Below are positions 44,946-58,300 of a DNA stretch of 64,000 bases, one piece after another. The notes below the pieces were generated by a model. That model saw only the letters and a program-made list of their open reading frames with translations, had not been told where the DNA came from and did not search any database. This DNA is from Octopus vulgaris (lineage: Eukaryota). The stretch spans positions 67,890,001-67,954,000 of the forward strand of contig OX597833.1 in assembly GCA_951406725.2 (NCBI GenBank). The letters are read 5' to 3'. Within the stretch, counting starts at the first letter, position 1. The number at the start of each line of letters is the position of its first letter. The position numbers and the translations under genes were made by a program.

Positions 44946-46941
44946 GATTTGATTTATTTGCCACAAGGGCCAGGATGAGAGGGACAATACAAAGATAGGC
45001 ATAAAATGTAGGGTTTGCATATAATGAAACAAAAATAAAAGAGAAATATACAAGGTATACACTGAAAAAAGGGACATATGCATAACAACAACAATAATTA
45101 TTTCAAATTTTTGCCACAAGGGCAACTTGGGGAGGGAGGGAGGTGGGGATGAGTCGATTACACTGACCCCCCGTGTACAACTGGTCCTTATTTTATTGAT
45201 CACGAGAGGATGAATGACAAAGTCGACCTCGGCTGAATTTGAACTCAGAAGGTAGCAACGGGCGAAGACACAATAATAATGATGATGATGATAATAATAA
45301 TGATAATAATGGCTTCAAATTTTGCCAGAAGGCCAGCAATATCAGGCAGAGGAATATCGATTCCATCTACCCGAGTGTTCAATTGGTATTAATAATTCCA
45401 CCTTGAAAGAATAAAAAGCAAAGTCGACATCGACGGAATTTGAACTCAGAAACGTAAAGAGGGACGCGCTGCTGTTCAGCATTGACCGGTGATTCAGCCA
45501 CTCCACCCAATACACTCACAAGGCTTTGGTCGGCCCGTGGCTTCAGTAAAAACACTCGTTGAAGGCTCAACGCATTGGGATTGAACCCGGGAACATGTGG
45601 TTGGGAAACGAACAACTAACCAAACAGCCACGCCTGCGTCTATGTCTAGTTAAAACTATCATCCTATTCCCTGTCCAAAATGCATTTTCGATGGACTGTG
45701 CGGTATAGGAAAAAGAAACCTCATCAACGTTGAAGCTTCAACGGATGGACATTTCTATAAGTTTAGTTTATATTTAAAAGAATTCAAAATGCAAACATTT
45801 TCCCAGACGGTGCCTACCAGTGTCTTCGCATGTATCGCAATACTTGAACATAGGTCCGTGTAAAACAATAATTCTCATCCAGGGCCCATATGATTCCCGG
45901 GGGCCCACGAAAGGTTCCACAAGCAAAAGAGTATATTAGGACCTACACAAGTTATATTAAAGGTCATCAACAAATTTTGTGATGTATTTACGACGAGAAA
46001 CATCTCAATTTCTTTCTCTGCACAAGTTAATGAGTGTAAAACAAACAGAATAGGAATTTTGAAAAAAATATTTCTAAGAATGTGAAGTATATTTGCCATC
46101 TAAATATGGCTAACCACTAAGGGATGGAGATGTTACTGTAGCTTGTAGCCCCATTTAGCCACATTTAGGTTGCAAATGTACTTCACATTGTCGTGCAGTT
46201 ACTGTTTATACCTCGTTTAGAGATTTATTATTATCTCTAAGAATATTTTCTAGACATCAAATGTGTATGGGTGTCCGTTAGATTAAAACAATAATCAACG
46301 GTATACACAGATTAAAAAATGGTTATGAAACACTGCTGTAAAGAATATTTCACCGCATCCACTTCAATTCCCTGAGTAGATTATACAGACTGTTGATGGA
46401 CCAAAACATATCCTGGTAAACCGACAAGGAAGCCACCCAATATAAACAAATGTGAAATAGCGTTTGTAAGAATCGCTTTCGGTTTTTTTAAACACAAACA
46501 TCACGCAGGTTGTTGATATTTTGATAATGGAGTCAGACATAACATACTTAATAAGCTTGTCAATAAATAACTTGGCTAATCTTCTGTGATTATGATTCTT
46601 GGAATAATCTAGACGGGAATCTAGATGCAAGCTTTCCAGACACGCAAAAACACAAACATAGAATTGATTTTTAAAAACAAGTTTATTGAATTTCAAACTA
46701 AAACAACGGAAAAATTCAATAATTAATATTAAAGAAAATATTTAGAAGTAAAATTCATACATCTACTCTCTCTCCTTCTCTCTCTTTTTCTCCCTCTCCC
46801 TCTTTCTTCCTCTCTCTCTTTCTCCCTCCCTCTCTTTCTCCCTCCCTCACATACACACACATTGTGCGTGTGTATGTGTGTCTATGAGATGTAAATGCAT
46901 ATAACATTCATAAAGTTTGTGTATATGTATGTGCGTATATA

Positions 46942-46985
<44 letters not shown>

Positions 46986-48664
46986 CATATATGTATATAT
47001 ACGTGCATATATGTATATATGTATATGCATATACACTCACACACAATGACACACACCTCATCTAGTCATATAATGGACATCCGCATATTACTTATATAAT
47101 CACGTCCGTGTATCGCTGTTTGTCGTCTGACAACTGGTCACAAGTGACCAGCTATTTATAACGCCGTGAAGCACACAGCTTATATTCCTGCTATTAGCGA
47201 TTAAACCAGTAATCTCTCTCAAATGTATATATTACTACCTGAGGCAAATCAACGACATCATATATATATATTAAATATATATATATATATATATATATAA
47301 AGTATATCCGTTATTACTTTTCATACAGTGTAGCATTTAAATAATAATGGTTATGCGATTTAGTTCTCTGTGACGATTTAACACAGGAGCAAAAGTGCGT
47401 TGTACTAATCTAGTCGCATATAACTAATTTATACAATAGGACTGTTATTAGGCTTATTTACTTAGCGACGTATTATATTGGTTTTACTAGAAATCATTAA
47501 CCCTCTTCTTCACAAAACATCCGCAGTACAAGTAGAAATACTTTTAAAAATAAATATAACTAACACACTTAGACGTTCACATCTGAATACATATCAAAGC
47601 ACTACTAAGCTTTCCAAGGGTATCATGATCTCAACTTGCAAATAATCGTAAAATCCAAGATCAACTGGATAATTAGAGAGTCTATGACTTCCTATATCAA
47701 CGGAGTGTGTATCATTCTCTCTGCTTCTCTGGAATGTTCTATATACTTGCTTAGAAAGTCTGTGTAGAAAGATTAAATCTATATTTACCGTTTGCTTGTC
47801 TCTTCAGAATATACATATTTTATGAATACTCAATTAGCTCTGTAAACTGTGCAATGCCCTCCATTTACGATTCTCAGCCGTATTCTCTAATCTGCTTCTA
47901 CCTCGCATTTACATTCACCTTCAAGATTTGCTCACTTTTATTGTCAGCAACATAGTTTTGCTGCCCCTCTTCATGTTGCTTCTATCACGATCGCAAAACG
48001 CATCATTTACAAGCAACTATGTCGAATATATCGGCGAATTTCTTTGATTCTATTCAACATTATTATTTATATCGACACTCTCATTTGGATTGCAGAATTT
48101 CACACGCTGAACATTGAGATTCGCTCATGCATATAACGAGGATAAATGCAGCCGATAGTTGTGTATTCATGACTCACAGTTCTATCATCATTGGCACAAA
48201 GGAGGCCCATAAAATTCACACAAGCGCTCACGTGAATTATATGTGTTACCGGATTAAATTACACTGACGACTAAAATCAAAATATCCTTGCCCTTCTATT
48301 TGCATCTTCACCTTTAACTTTTAATGTCACAATGAGAATGTATATAAATGAACGTATAGAATTATATAGGCTCGTGCGTGTATATACGTGTGGATGCAAA
48401 CAATTATTCTTATGTAGGTACATACAAATTTTATGACGGTGTTATAAAATTATCAATGTATAGATGTATGGACATAACACCGTCATCCCATACCGACCAT
48501 ACATAGAGAAATATTAGACATATCTGCATTTAACCCCATCTTGTATGTATATGACATATACGGAAGAAATAGGGTGTGCACGTGCGCGTATAACATTGCT
48601 ACAGTTCAGCATACAATCATTGAGATGTATAAATGTGCAGATGAACAAATGTATGCATGTACTG

Positions 48665-48716
<52 letters not shown>

Positions 48717-48877
48717 GCATGTATATATTCATGAGTATATGAATATGTATACCACTACAGCCTCTGATACTCTTTGCCAAAAAGGGAAACCTTTGTATTG
48801 TCATCTGTCGTTTCTCTTATGTACTTCCGAATCATATATATATATATAATTCTATGCTTGCGTGCGCACACACATAG

Positions 48878-49020
48878 TGAAGGCGCATGGCTTAGTGCAC
48901 TCATGATTGCGAGTTCGATTCCCAGACCGGGCGTTGCGTTGTGTTCTCGAGCAAATTACTTCATTTCACGTTTGCTCTGCGACCATTTCGTCGTCTGGCA
49001 TGTGGAACCCGTTGCACCTG
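48878..49020 (+). mobile_element. Decayed tRNA-derived SINE 5' part (similar relic at ~37730-37830)
   Basis: gaaggcgcatggcttagtg...gagttcgattcccagaccgggcgttg...gcaaa...atttcacg resembles the family C/D heads. Confidence 0.6.
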
Positions 49021-50281
49021 TACAGGTAATGCCAATATGAGTGAGTGAGTGAGCTTATATCTGCACAAGCATTTGATCACTAATAATATATCTTAGCGGA
49101 TTTTCATAACTCTCGAACGATAACGAATATTTAATAATATAAAAGAAAACGGAGATTACGGTCATGAAAGGACTGGAAATAGAAAAACCAAGTCACTCAA
49201 TTAGTAAGCGCTTTGTAAGTAATAACATGATGTACCGAAGTGTCCGGCATACAAGTCGAATTTTAATACCAAACTTTTTGGCTGAAGAGGAACGTGTCTG
49301 TCTTTAGCCCTTTTAAACGTGTCCACCACACTTCCTCTATCGCTAGTCACCTGACAAATAAAGAATTGCCTGCTCGTCCTGGCCAAAGGAGGGTGGCGGG
49401 AAAAACTTCATGGATTTAGCTGATAGCCAAATCTACCCACACGCGGCAACAGGTATTCGACATTTCAGTAATAATAATAATAAAAATGATAATAATTTCA
49501 AAGTGTAGCAAAAAGGCCAGCGGTTTAGAGAGAGGGGGCAATTCGATTACATTGAACCCAAGTGGTCAACTGGTTCATATTTTATCAACCTCGAAAAATG
49601 AAAGGTAAACGTGCATCAGCGAATTTGAACCCAGAGCAATAAGGACGGACGAAATACCGGTAGGCATTTTGCCCGACGTGCTAACGATTCTGCTTGCTTA
49701 TTACTTTAATAATAATAATAATGGTAATAATAATTATGAGTTCAATATCAGGAAGAGCTCTTCAGGTCGACCTATTACTCTGATGTAACCACACATTTAT
49801 ATACACGCGCTATCACCCACGAAATTACACATACATACATACATGCATGCACGTGCGCACACGGACGTATGCATACGCACATGCAAGCGCACGGGCAAAG
49901 CTCACATACACACATGTACGCACACAGAAGACTACACAAGCACACAAAAGCGGGCATGCGCGAGCACACATACACACACAAACACGCGAAATAATCACTT
50001 CAAACGTGTTCTTTCTTTCTCGAAGATCACACGTTTAACATTCCTTCAAAGTCCTTTTTATCCCGCTAATACACAGTTAACACGCAATAATATATACATA
50101 ATGACGAACGAACGGAGGCCCGTAAGAATAGCAACAACGAGGTATTACAGCGTTTGTGATTACCAAAAAAAGAAAAAAAAGAGAAAATTAACACAAGATA
50201 AAATAAAAATATGAAAAACAAATAAAGCGAGCACTGTACGTATTCATCACCTTTGATTGTGTGTCTCTGTATATATGTATG

Positions 50282-50325
<44 letters not shown>

Positions 50326-50581
50326 TATATTTGTATATATATATATGTGTGTATATATACATATGTGTATATATGTGTATATATATATATGTGTATATAT
50401 ATATGTGTATATATGTGTATGTATATATATATATGTATGTGTATATATGTATGTATATATATATATGTATGTATGTATATATATATATGTATATATATGT
50501 ATGTATGTATATATATATATGTATATATATGTATGTATGTATATATATATATGTATATATATGTATGTATGTATATATATG

Positions 50582-50613
<32 letters not shown>

Positions 50614-50645
50614 TATGTATATATATGTATGTATGTATATATATG

Positions 50646-50677
<32 letters not shown>

Positions 50678-50904
50678 TATGTATGTATATATGTATATAT
50701 ATGTATGTATGTATATATGTATATATATATGTATGTATGTATATATATGTATGTATGTATATATATGTATGTATGTATATATATGTATGTATATATGTAT
50801 ATATATGTATGTATATATGTATATATATGTACGTATATATATATATACGTACACATATACATATGTATGTATGTATATATGTATATATATGTACATATAT
50901 ATGT

Positions 50905-50936
<32 letters not shown>

Positions 50937-51149
50937 GTGCATATATATATATATATATATGTACATATATACATATATATACATATATTTGTATATGTAT
51001 ATGTATATGTATATTTATATATATATATTTATACATGCATATAAATTTATATGTATGTATGTATATATATGCGCGCACACCTACATACGTATGGTTGTAG
51101 TGTAGATATAATGAACACAGATACAAACATACACACACACACACACACA

Positions 51150-51187
<38 letters not shown>

Positions 51188-51395
51188 TATATCTATATAC
51201 ACATGCATAAAATCAAAGAATTAGCACAAGAAATATTCCGAGAGGTGCTGCAAACCACGGAACATCAGAGAACTGAGATTAGAGGCCGACATCACGTTGG
51301 TGGCATTAGTAGCAGAAGTATTAATAGTAGCAGAATAAATATGAATCGAGAACGTTAACGAGACGCCATACACACACGCACACACACACACGCGT

Positions 51396-51461
<66 letters not shown>

Positions 51462-51571
51462 AAAAATCCAGTATCCTCTTGAAGAAATGGAGTCTTAACT
51501 GCAAGAAAACAGCAAACTAGTAAAGTAGAACAGAATATGTATGCTTGTGTGTGTATGTTTATATATGTATA

Positions 51572-51849
51572 TTCACGTGACCGACCAGGCCATCAGATGT
51601 AGTTACACATCGCTGGTCACAATGCGTTCGCATTGTTTTAGCCTTTGAATGACGCAGGCCAACAGAAGGAAGAGTGGGAGAAAGAGCGGTGAAAGAGTAC
51701 AGCAGGGATCACCAACCCCTGCTGGAGACTCGTGGAGCTTTTAGGTGTTTTTGCTCAATAAACACTCACAACGCCCGGTCTGGGAATCGAAACCGCGATC
51801 CTACGACCGCGAGTCCGTTGCCCTAACCACTTGGCCATTGCGCCTCCAC
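51572..51849 (-). mobile_element. tRNA-derived SINE (family C head, alternative 3' tail) with 11-bp TSD
   Basis: Head gtggaggcgcaatggccaagtggttagggcaacggactcgcggtcgtaggatcgcggtttcgattccc. TSD ATATATGTATA at 51561-51571 and 51850-51860 (low complexity). Confidence 0.88.
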
Positions 51850-51873
51850 ATATATGTATATACATGTATATTA

Positions 51874-52196
51874 TTAGTGCTTATAGACGTTGCTTATATG
51901 CGAATCGAATCATACGGCTCTGGTTATAGTGTTTTGTATGTGGTGTGTCTTGCTTCCTTACTATTTGGGGCAGAAGGGGGCAATGAATGCATGATCTGAT
52001 GGCTAAAATTCATTAATCTCCCATTTTCTCGCAGAACAGATTTGAAAGAGAAAGTAGGAGATTAATGAATTTTAGCAATGAGATCATGCATTCATCGCCC
52101 CTTCTGCAACATTTAGTAAGAGAGTAAGAAGCCCCACATACTATAAACACATCCGTATGATTCGATTCACATATAAGCAACGACTATAAGCACTAA
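51874..52196. mobile_element. Fold-back/MITE-like element with ~150-bp inverted arms
   Basis: ttagtgcttatagacgttgcttatatgcgaatcgaatcatacgg is mirrored by ccgtatgattcgattcacatataagcaacgactataagcactaa. Inner arms gcagaaggggg...gctaaaattcattaatctcc / ggagattaatgaattttagc...ccccttctgc enclose a ~17-nt loop. Flanks are TA-rich. Confidence 0.85.
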
Positions 52197-52302
52197 AATA
52201 TAAATAATAATAATTATATATATATAAAACACTCATTATCGTTTTGTTTACCATGTAGGCAGTCATCGCAATTTTCGTTTGTCTTGTTGTTGAGAGAGGC
52301 TC

Positions 52303-52393
52303 CCTTTCTTTCCTGATGAGAAAATTGCATCTTGCACCGTTTATTCCTTTGTAATGAAACTGTTGTCATCGAAACATATGTCGAGAGTAAAGG
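52303..52393 (+). ncRNA. Type I hammerhead ribozyme motif with palindromic stem/loop III
   Basis: ccuuucuuuc-CUGAUGA-ga...uc-GAAA-cauaug-UC-gagag(u)aaagg. Stem I 10 bp with one bulge, canonical core, palindrome ACAUAUGU. Stem II is weak at its base. Confidence 0.65.
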
Positions 52394-54273
52394 AATTTTG
52401 TTAACATTTTCGTTCAACTCCATTCATTTATTTATTCATATATAACACACAAATTTATGCACATGAACCCGGAGTTTCCACCCTTGGACAGGTCGCTTCA
52501 ACCGTGTTTCTGACGTGAATTTGCTACCCTGGTATCGGTTGATCGAATTTTCTATGTTGACGGTAAACATAGGATAATTCATTCACCTATCGGAATATAT
52601 ATATATATATATATATATAACACAAGCGTAGATGAAATTTTGTGTGCGTGTTTAACATATGAAACATATGGGTTTTTAGTTTCAATTCGTTCACGACTCT
52701 TCGAGTTATTTTCTGTTTGAAAATATCACCTTTGATGTAAATGAATGGACAGTTAATTTCTCACTTTTCTTAACGTGAAACTGCTGATCCACTTGTTTTG
52801 CGTAATTGAAGGCCAGGCGTTAATGGCTACACTCGAACCCGCGACGTATTGGTTGCTTACAATCATCTTATCAGTTTAACCTTACGTGTCACGTAATAAA
52901 ATTTCATTATGGCATTCAGCGTATTTCGCTTAACGAGCGTATACAGTAGGCAGCCACAAAACTATAGCATTACTCTTGGGAAAGCGTCTCCTATAGATCT
53001 CGAGGGCTAAAAAAAAAGCGCAGAGATCTCATTAGCGGTCGAACAGAATCCAGTAGCAGCGGTGGTGGTTTGCTATAACCTAACTTCTATATTTTTGTTC
53101 GTCATTCAGTAGGAAGCATATATCAACTGCATGATAGGACAAATCTATCATAGATTCAGTCATGCATATAACAATATATATCATTTTTAAGAGCTTTCTG
53201 AATAAAAAAAAAATGCGGGTTTCGTCTAGAAATAGCACGTCGTATCGACGTATTGTGCCGAAAAGCACAGAATCTCCATGACCGATGAAATGTGTCTAGC
53301 AATGGCGGTGGAATTCCTCAATCTATATATCTGCATCTGGTTTCGTTATTTATCCACTAACTGTGAGAATTAATTATTTATATTCTTTGTTAAATTCAAT
53401 AAGCGTCTCCTTTCGTAAAAAAACAGATTGTCTGTTTGTGAGAAACTAGGTTGTTTGTTAAAATGGTAAATATGGATATTGGTGCCCCAGATGCTGCTTG
53501 TCTGAAAAAAAACACAATGCTTTATAACATTTAGTTTTAATAGTTCAAACGCGTTCAGAGAATGAGGGAGGGAGGTTGGTGCGAGTGCGGGCTAAGAAGC
53601 TCAACCTTGACTTTCAAACATGCTACACAATTCCATAACGTCCCGGTAATGTTCTAAAATGCTTGTTTATGTAGAACAGAGAAAGTTGATTTATATTCGT
53701 AAACGGAGGATGTAGGAAGGTGACGGGAAGAGTCAGACATAGGCGATGTAGTGGGAGGAGAGGGAATGAACGAGGAATGAGATTTAGCATTGTACGAATA
53801 TCGCAAATGTCATCGTCGAAAGCATTATTAGACGAAATGTTGGTGAATGCTCAGAAGGACAAGATTGATAGAAGTGTGGGAGGGAGAGGAGGAGGAGGCT
53901 GTCTGTCTATTATGTCATCTCTGGTATAATGAAAGGCAGCATCCAGTTCTGCAGAAAAGAGCCATAATAGGATGGCGCAATGTAATTTATCTGCGGTTCC
54001 ACCGCTGATTGCCATTAATCTCTCATTTTTCAACGGCAATATTATGTCGATTTTACAGCGACGTGATTGGCACTGTGGGAAGTGCGTCGAACAATAAGGT
54101 GATAGATAAGTTATTTTACGATAAGAATTGCAATCTGACGATATCATAGTCGCCAGATTCCGTTTCATGAAATAATGTATTAGTGATGTGTTACGAAGAC
54201 TAATAAATAGTACATGCGCGTGTCCACACATAACATAGGAATCCGTATGCAGACATATGTATATTAGATGCAG

Positions 54274-54310
<37 letters not shown>

Positions 54311-54329
54311 TATAATACACATGCACACG

Positions 54330-54362
54330 TACGAGGGTGGGCCGAAAAGTTCATAGGCTGAC
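54330..54362 (+). mobile_element. Probable mariner-type terminal inverted repeat remnant
   Basis: TA-CGAGGGTGGGCCGAAAAGTTCATAGGCTGAC resembles mariner TIR starts (TACGAGGG...AAAAGT). No partner end is visible. Confidence 0.4.
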
Positions 54363-54373
54363 CACGATGCAGT

Positions 54374-54404
<31 letters not shown>

Positions 54405-54481
54405 TGCAGCGTGGAAGGTGTTTATAAGCCATTTAAGAAACACACAAAAGCCGTTCGATTCACTTCAACATTTAAGTTTAA

Positions 54482-54532
54482 TTTGTCAAAATATTTTCGT
54501 CGCTTTAAGACCGCGACCTGTTCACTGACAAA
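54482..54532 (-). ncRNA. Variant minimal hammerhead ribozyme motif with G3-C8 core
   Basis: uuuguca-GUGAACA-g-gucgc-ggucuuaaa-gcgac-GAAA-auau-UU-ugacaaa. Perfect 7-bp stem I, 5-bp stem II, palindrome AAUAUU in place of stem III. Confidence 0.65.
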
Positions 54533-54584
54533 AATCCGTGCTGCATCTGAGGAAGTAACAGTTTGTTCGTCATATATATGTACG

Positions 54585-54741
54585 TATGTATGTGTGTGTG
54601 TATGTATGTATGTATGTATGTATGTATGTATGTATGTATGTATGTATGTATGTATGTATGTATGTATGTATGTATGTATGTATGTATGTATGTATGTATG
54701 TATGTATGTATGTACGTACGTACGTACGTACGTACGTACGT
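54585..54741. repeat. (TATG)n switching to (TACG)n
   Basis: Direct reading. Confidence 0.95.
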
Positions 54742-54816
54742 ACACCTTCCACGCTGCAATTGTTTTCGTTCCAGCACACGATCTCAGATCAAATCACTTG
54801 CTATGCGAGTACATCC

Positions 54817-54850
<34 letters not shown>

Positions 54851-55366
54851 CAAAGCGTTATACATTGCTATGGTCGTAAAGGTTTCACTGTAAGCTAATC
54901 ATATCCCAAATTTCACAGCGCACTTTTATTGCACGCAATTTCTTACGCTCTCTCTCTCCTATATTCCTATCAAGCAATGGCGATTTGTTAATAAACGTAC
55001 AGTGATGAGACATAGCAAATATGGTAATGAATTCTCACTTGACAATAAATTGCATATGAATACGAGGAAAAGAAACTCGTGAATATGTAGATGCGGTTCG
55101 GGTTCTTCATTTTCATATTTAAATATTTGATTTGTTTAACTGTGTGATTAAGTGAAACGCTGAATATTGTGATCTCGTTGAACATTGAATATATTCATTC
55201 ATGAACAGGTTTATTCCCTGAGGGAATTTAGTTTCATCTTCCTTCCTTTTTAAGTCTGTGTTTGAAGAGAATCTCGAACGATCCAATGTAAGGGTACATT
55301 GTCGAAACATACAATGTACCCTTTCCGCTTGCAAACATACTTCATCTTCGCCTTCCCCCCACACAC

Positions 55367-55401
<35 letters not shown>

Positions 55402-55403
<2 letters not shown>

Positions 55404-58221
55404 CCAGAACAACCTGCCATCCTCTACACACCATCATAAACTGCGAGCAGGGTACAAATTGTTGTCCTTAAATGCTCGCAGTTTATGCAACAAAATACAT
55501 TTGTTCAACGCCTACGTCAGAAGTGTTGACCCTGACTTCATCACTGTCACGGAAACATGGGCGCATTCCTTACTCTGTGATGGGGTTTTCAACATTACGG
55601 GGTACAACCTCTTCCGTAAGGACCGCACTAACCGCCGTGGTGGTGGTGTGATGGTCTACGTTCGTTCAAATTTTTTGGTAATTCCTTGTGCCGATTTGAA
55701 CGAATCACAAGAAGTTTTTTTCTGTGACGTGCGTATGACCATGTCAACACTCCTGCTTGGCGTTGTTTATCGTCCCCCAAGTTACCATCGGGACACACAG
55801 CTTTGCAATGTCCTCCGAGCTGCTGCCAGGAAAACAGCCACTTATGTGTTTATTGCAGGCGATTTCAATCATCCTGAGATCGATTGGGAGACCTTCCATT
55901 GGCCACAGAGTGCAAACGATTTTGTTGAGCTTGTGCTGGACTCAAACTGGTCACAAGTAGTCACCTCTCCAACAAGAGGCGACAACACCTTGGACCTGCT
56001 CTTCACCACAACTCCTGAAGCGGTTATCAATTGCACTACGGAGGAACCTCTAGGTGACTCTGATCATGCTATGATCATCGCCAATCTGGCTCTTGCGGGC
56101 AACAAAAACCTGAACCATCTCCAATCTGCTTCCTTCGATTGGAAGAGAGCAGATTGGAACCTGTACCACACTGAACTACAGCACCCAAACTGGCGTGAAT
56201 TCTACAACTCTGGAGATGTGAATACTATACTCCAGAGTATCCTGGACTCAATATGGGCAGCATGTGCAGCATCAGTGCCACGTAAACAAAAAAAGAAGAA
56301 CCGCCCCAAAAGGGCAATTTGGGAAACTTCAGCGGTCCGACTTGCCAGGAGGGAACGTCGGACTGCTGAACGGGAATACAGGTTGCATAAATCAGACACC
56401 AACAGGAAGAAGCGGAATAAATCCTCCAACCATCTCAAGCAAGTGACAAAAAAAGCAGTGCTTGAATTTGAACAGTGCATAGCAGCCAATCCTGACAGCA
56501 AGGTTTTCTGGAAATATGTGCACTCAAAGCAGAGACCTCACTCTCCAGTGGGCCCTCTTCGCAACCCTCACACAAACCAGATCACTGACGACCCCAAGGA
56601 ATGCGCAGAACTCATTGCCGAGTGCTATGCAAACATATTCACTGTTGAAAGTCAAAATGTACCATCTTCACCATCACTAACAGCAAACTCCATAACAACT
56701 ATGGAATTTACACCTGCAATGCTGCGACGTCACCTTCAAAATAAGCGCAACTATGCCTCCCCTGGTCTCGATGGAGTTACATACCTGCTTCTCAAACGTG
56801 GCAGGCACTTCCTTTTACACCAGCTTTCTATTTTCTTCCAGTACTGTCTCAACAATGGTGCTACTCCGGAGCAGTGGAAAACTGCCAGTGTCATTCCTCT
56901 GTTCAAAAAGGGCGACCGCACATCACCTGTCAACTATCGCCCAGTCAGTCTCACTAGCTGTATTGCAAAACTGATGGAATCGTGTGTCAGAGAAACACTC
57001 TGGAACTTCTGGAGCTCTCACAGTCTCATCCGACCCTCACAATATGGATTTGTCCCTAACTCCAGCTGCAGTGACCAGCTTGTCGAGTTCCTTGAGGACA
57101 TTACTCAGATTACTAACAGTGGCTCATGGGTGGATGTTGTCTACCTTGACTTTGCTAAGGCTTTCAACTCTGTGCCACACAAAAGGCTTATGGTGAAACT
57201 CTCTGCAATGGGTGTGGGGGATGACCTTTTTAACTGGTTGAAATCCTTCATCCTCAGCCGAAAGGAGGTAGTCACAGTTCTAGGACAGCACTCTACACCA
57301 TATGAGATGTCATCGGGTGTACCACAGGGATCTGTCCTTGGCCCCCTCTTGTTTGTGGCATACATTAACGACATAGATGCCAATTTAAAGAATGCCACAG
57401 TATTGAAATATGCAGACGACATCAAGCTGTACCTTGAAATCAAGAGGACAGATCCTGATGTCTACAACTCTTTCCTGCAATCAGACCTAGACACAATGCA
57501 GCAATGGATCACAGACTGGCAACTGAAACTGGCTGTGGACAAGTGTACCACCATGCATTTTGGGAGAAAAAACCCTGCGTTCACATACTCCCTCCACAAC
57601 ACTGATATCAAGAAATCCTCTTGCGAGCGTGACCTAGGCATCACTGTCAGCAGTGATTTGCGTTGGTCAAAGCATATCTCTAAGATTGTCAGGAAGGCCG
57701 AGGGTGTCTTGGCATCACTCAGCAGGTCTTTTGTTAGCCGCTCTCCAGCCATCTATTTAAAACTGTATACAGCTATGGTACGACCACACTTGGAATTCGC
57801 ATCATCAGTTTGGAACCCCTATCTTGCACAGAACATTGACCTCCTGGAATCTGTCCAGAGACGTGCAACCAAACGCATACCCTCCATCAGACACCTACCA
57901 TATTCTGAGCGCCTTGTTTCCCTGGGCATGGATTCTCTGAAGCTCCGGCGTTTGGCGACGGACTTGGTAAACACCCACAAAGTTATCAACCACCTCACCA
58001 ACAACAACACTGAACACCTTTTTGATCTCCATGTGTCTAACACACGTGGACATGCCTACAAAGTCAGAAAACAATACAGCTCCCATGACTTTCGGAAACA
58101 TTTTTTCACGCTCAGAGTTGCTGAAGCATGGAATAAACTGCCTGCGTCAGTTGTTGACTGCCATGACACTGCATCTTTTAAGGCCCTCATGCTTTCCGAA
58201 ATCCGCCGAAACTTCACCTGA
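55402..58221 (+). CDS. CR1-clade non-LTR retrotransposon ORF2 (APE endonuclease + reverse transcriptase), uninterrupted, no own start codon in this copy
   Basis: EN motifs LLSLNARSL, VTETW, GGGVMVYV, VYRPP, GDFNHP, PTRGDNTLDL, SDH. RT motifs PGLDG, WKTASVIPLFKKG, NYRPVSLTS, QYGF, YLDFAKAF, GVPQGSVLGPLLF, YADD (57409-57420). CR1-type C-terminus RPHLEFASSVWNP...TRGH..K...FF..RV...WNKLP. The first ~48 aa of the computed 987-aa ORF come from flank and (TA)n. Confidence 0.95.
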
Positions 58222-58300
58222 TTATATATACACTTTAGATGAGTTGTAGTGCACCTGAGCACTGTACACAATTATTATTATTATTATTATTTATTATTAT
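55402..58300 (+). mobile_element. 5'-truncated young CR1-like LINE with short 3' UTR hairpin and (ATT)n tail, inserted in (TA)n
   Basis: Unique sequence begins immediately after the (TA)n run ending ~55401. After the stop there is a ~50-nt 3' UTR with the hairpin AGTGC-acctga-GCACT (58248-58263), then (ATT)n at 58271-58300. No ORF1 is present. Confidence 0.9.

Noticed and set aside
47480-48250. Possible very old LINE remnant on the minus strand
   Set aside because: No diagnostic motif could be recovered by eye.
54135-54185. CTGACGA...GAAA hammerhead-like spacing
   Set aside because: Stems I and II do not pair.
55258-55401. N-terminal ~48 aa of the 987-aa ORF
   Set aside because: Flanking DNA and (TA)n, not part of the LINE.
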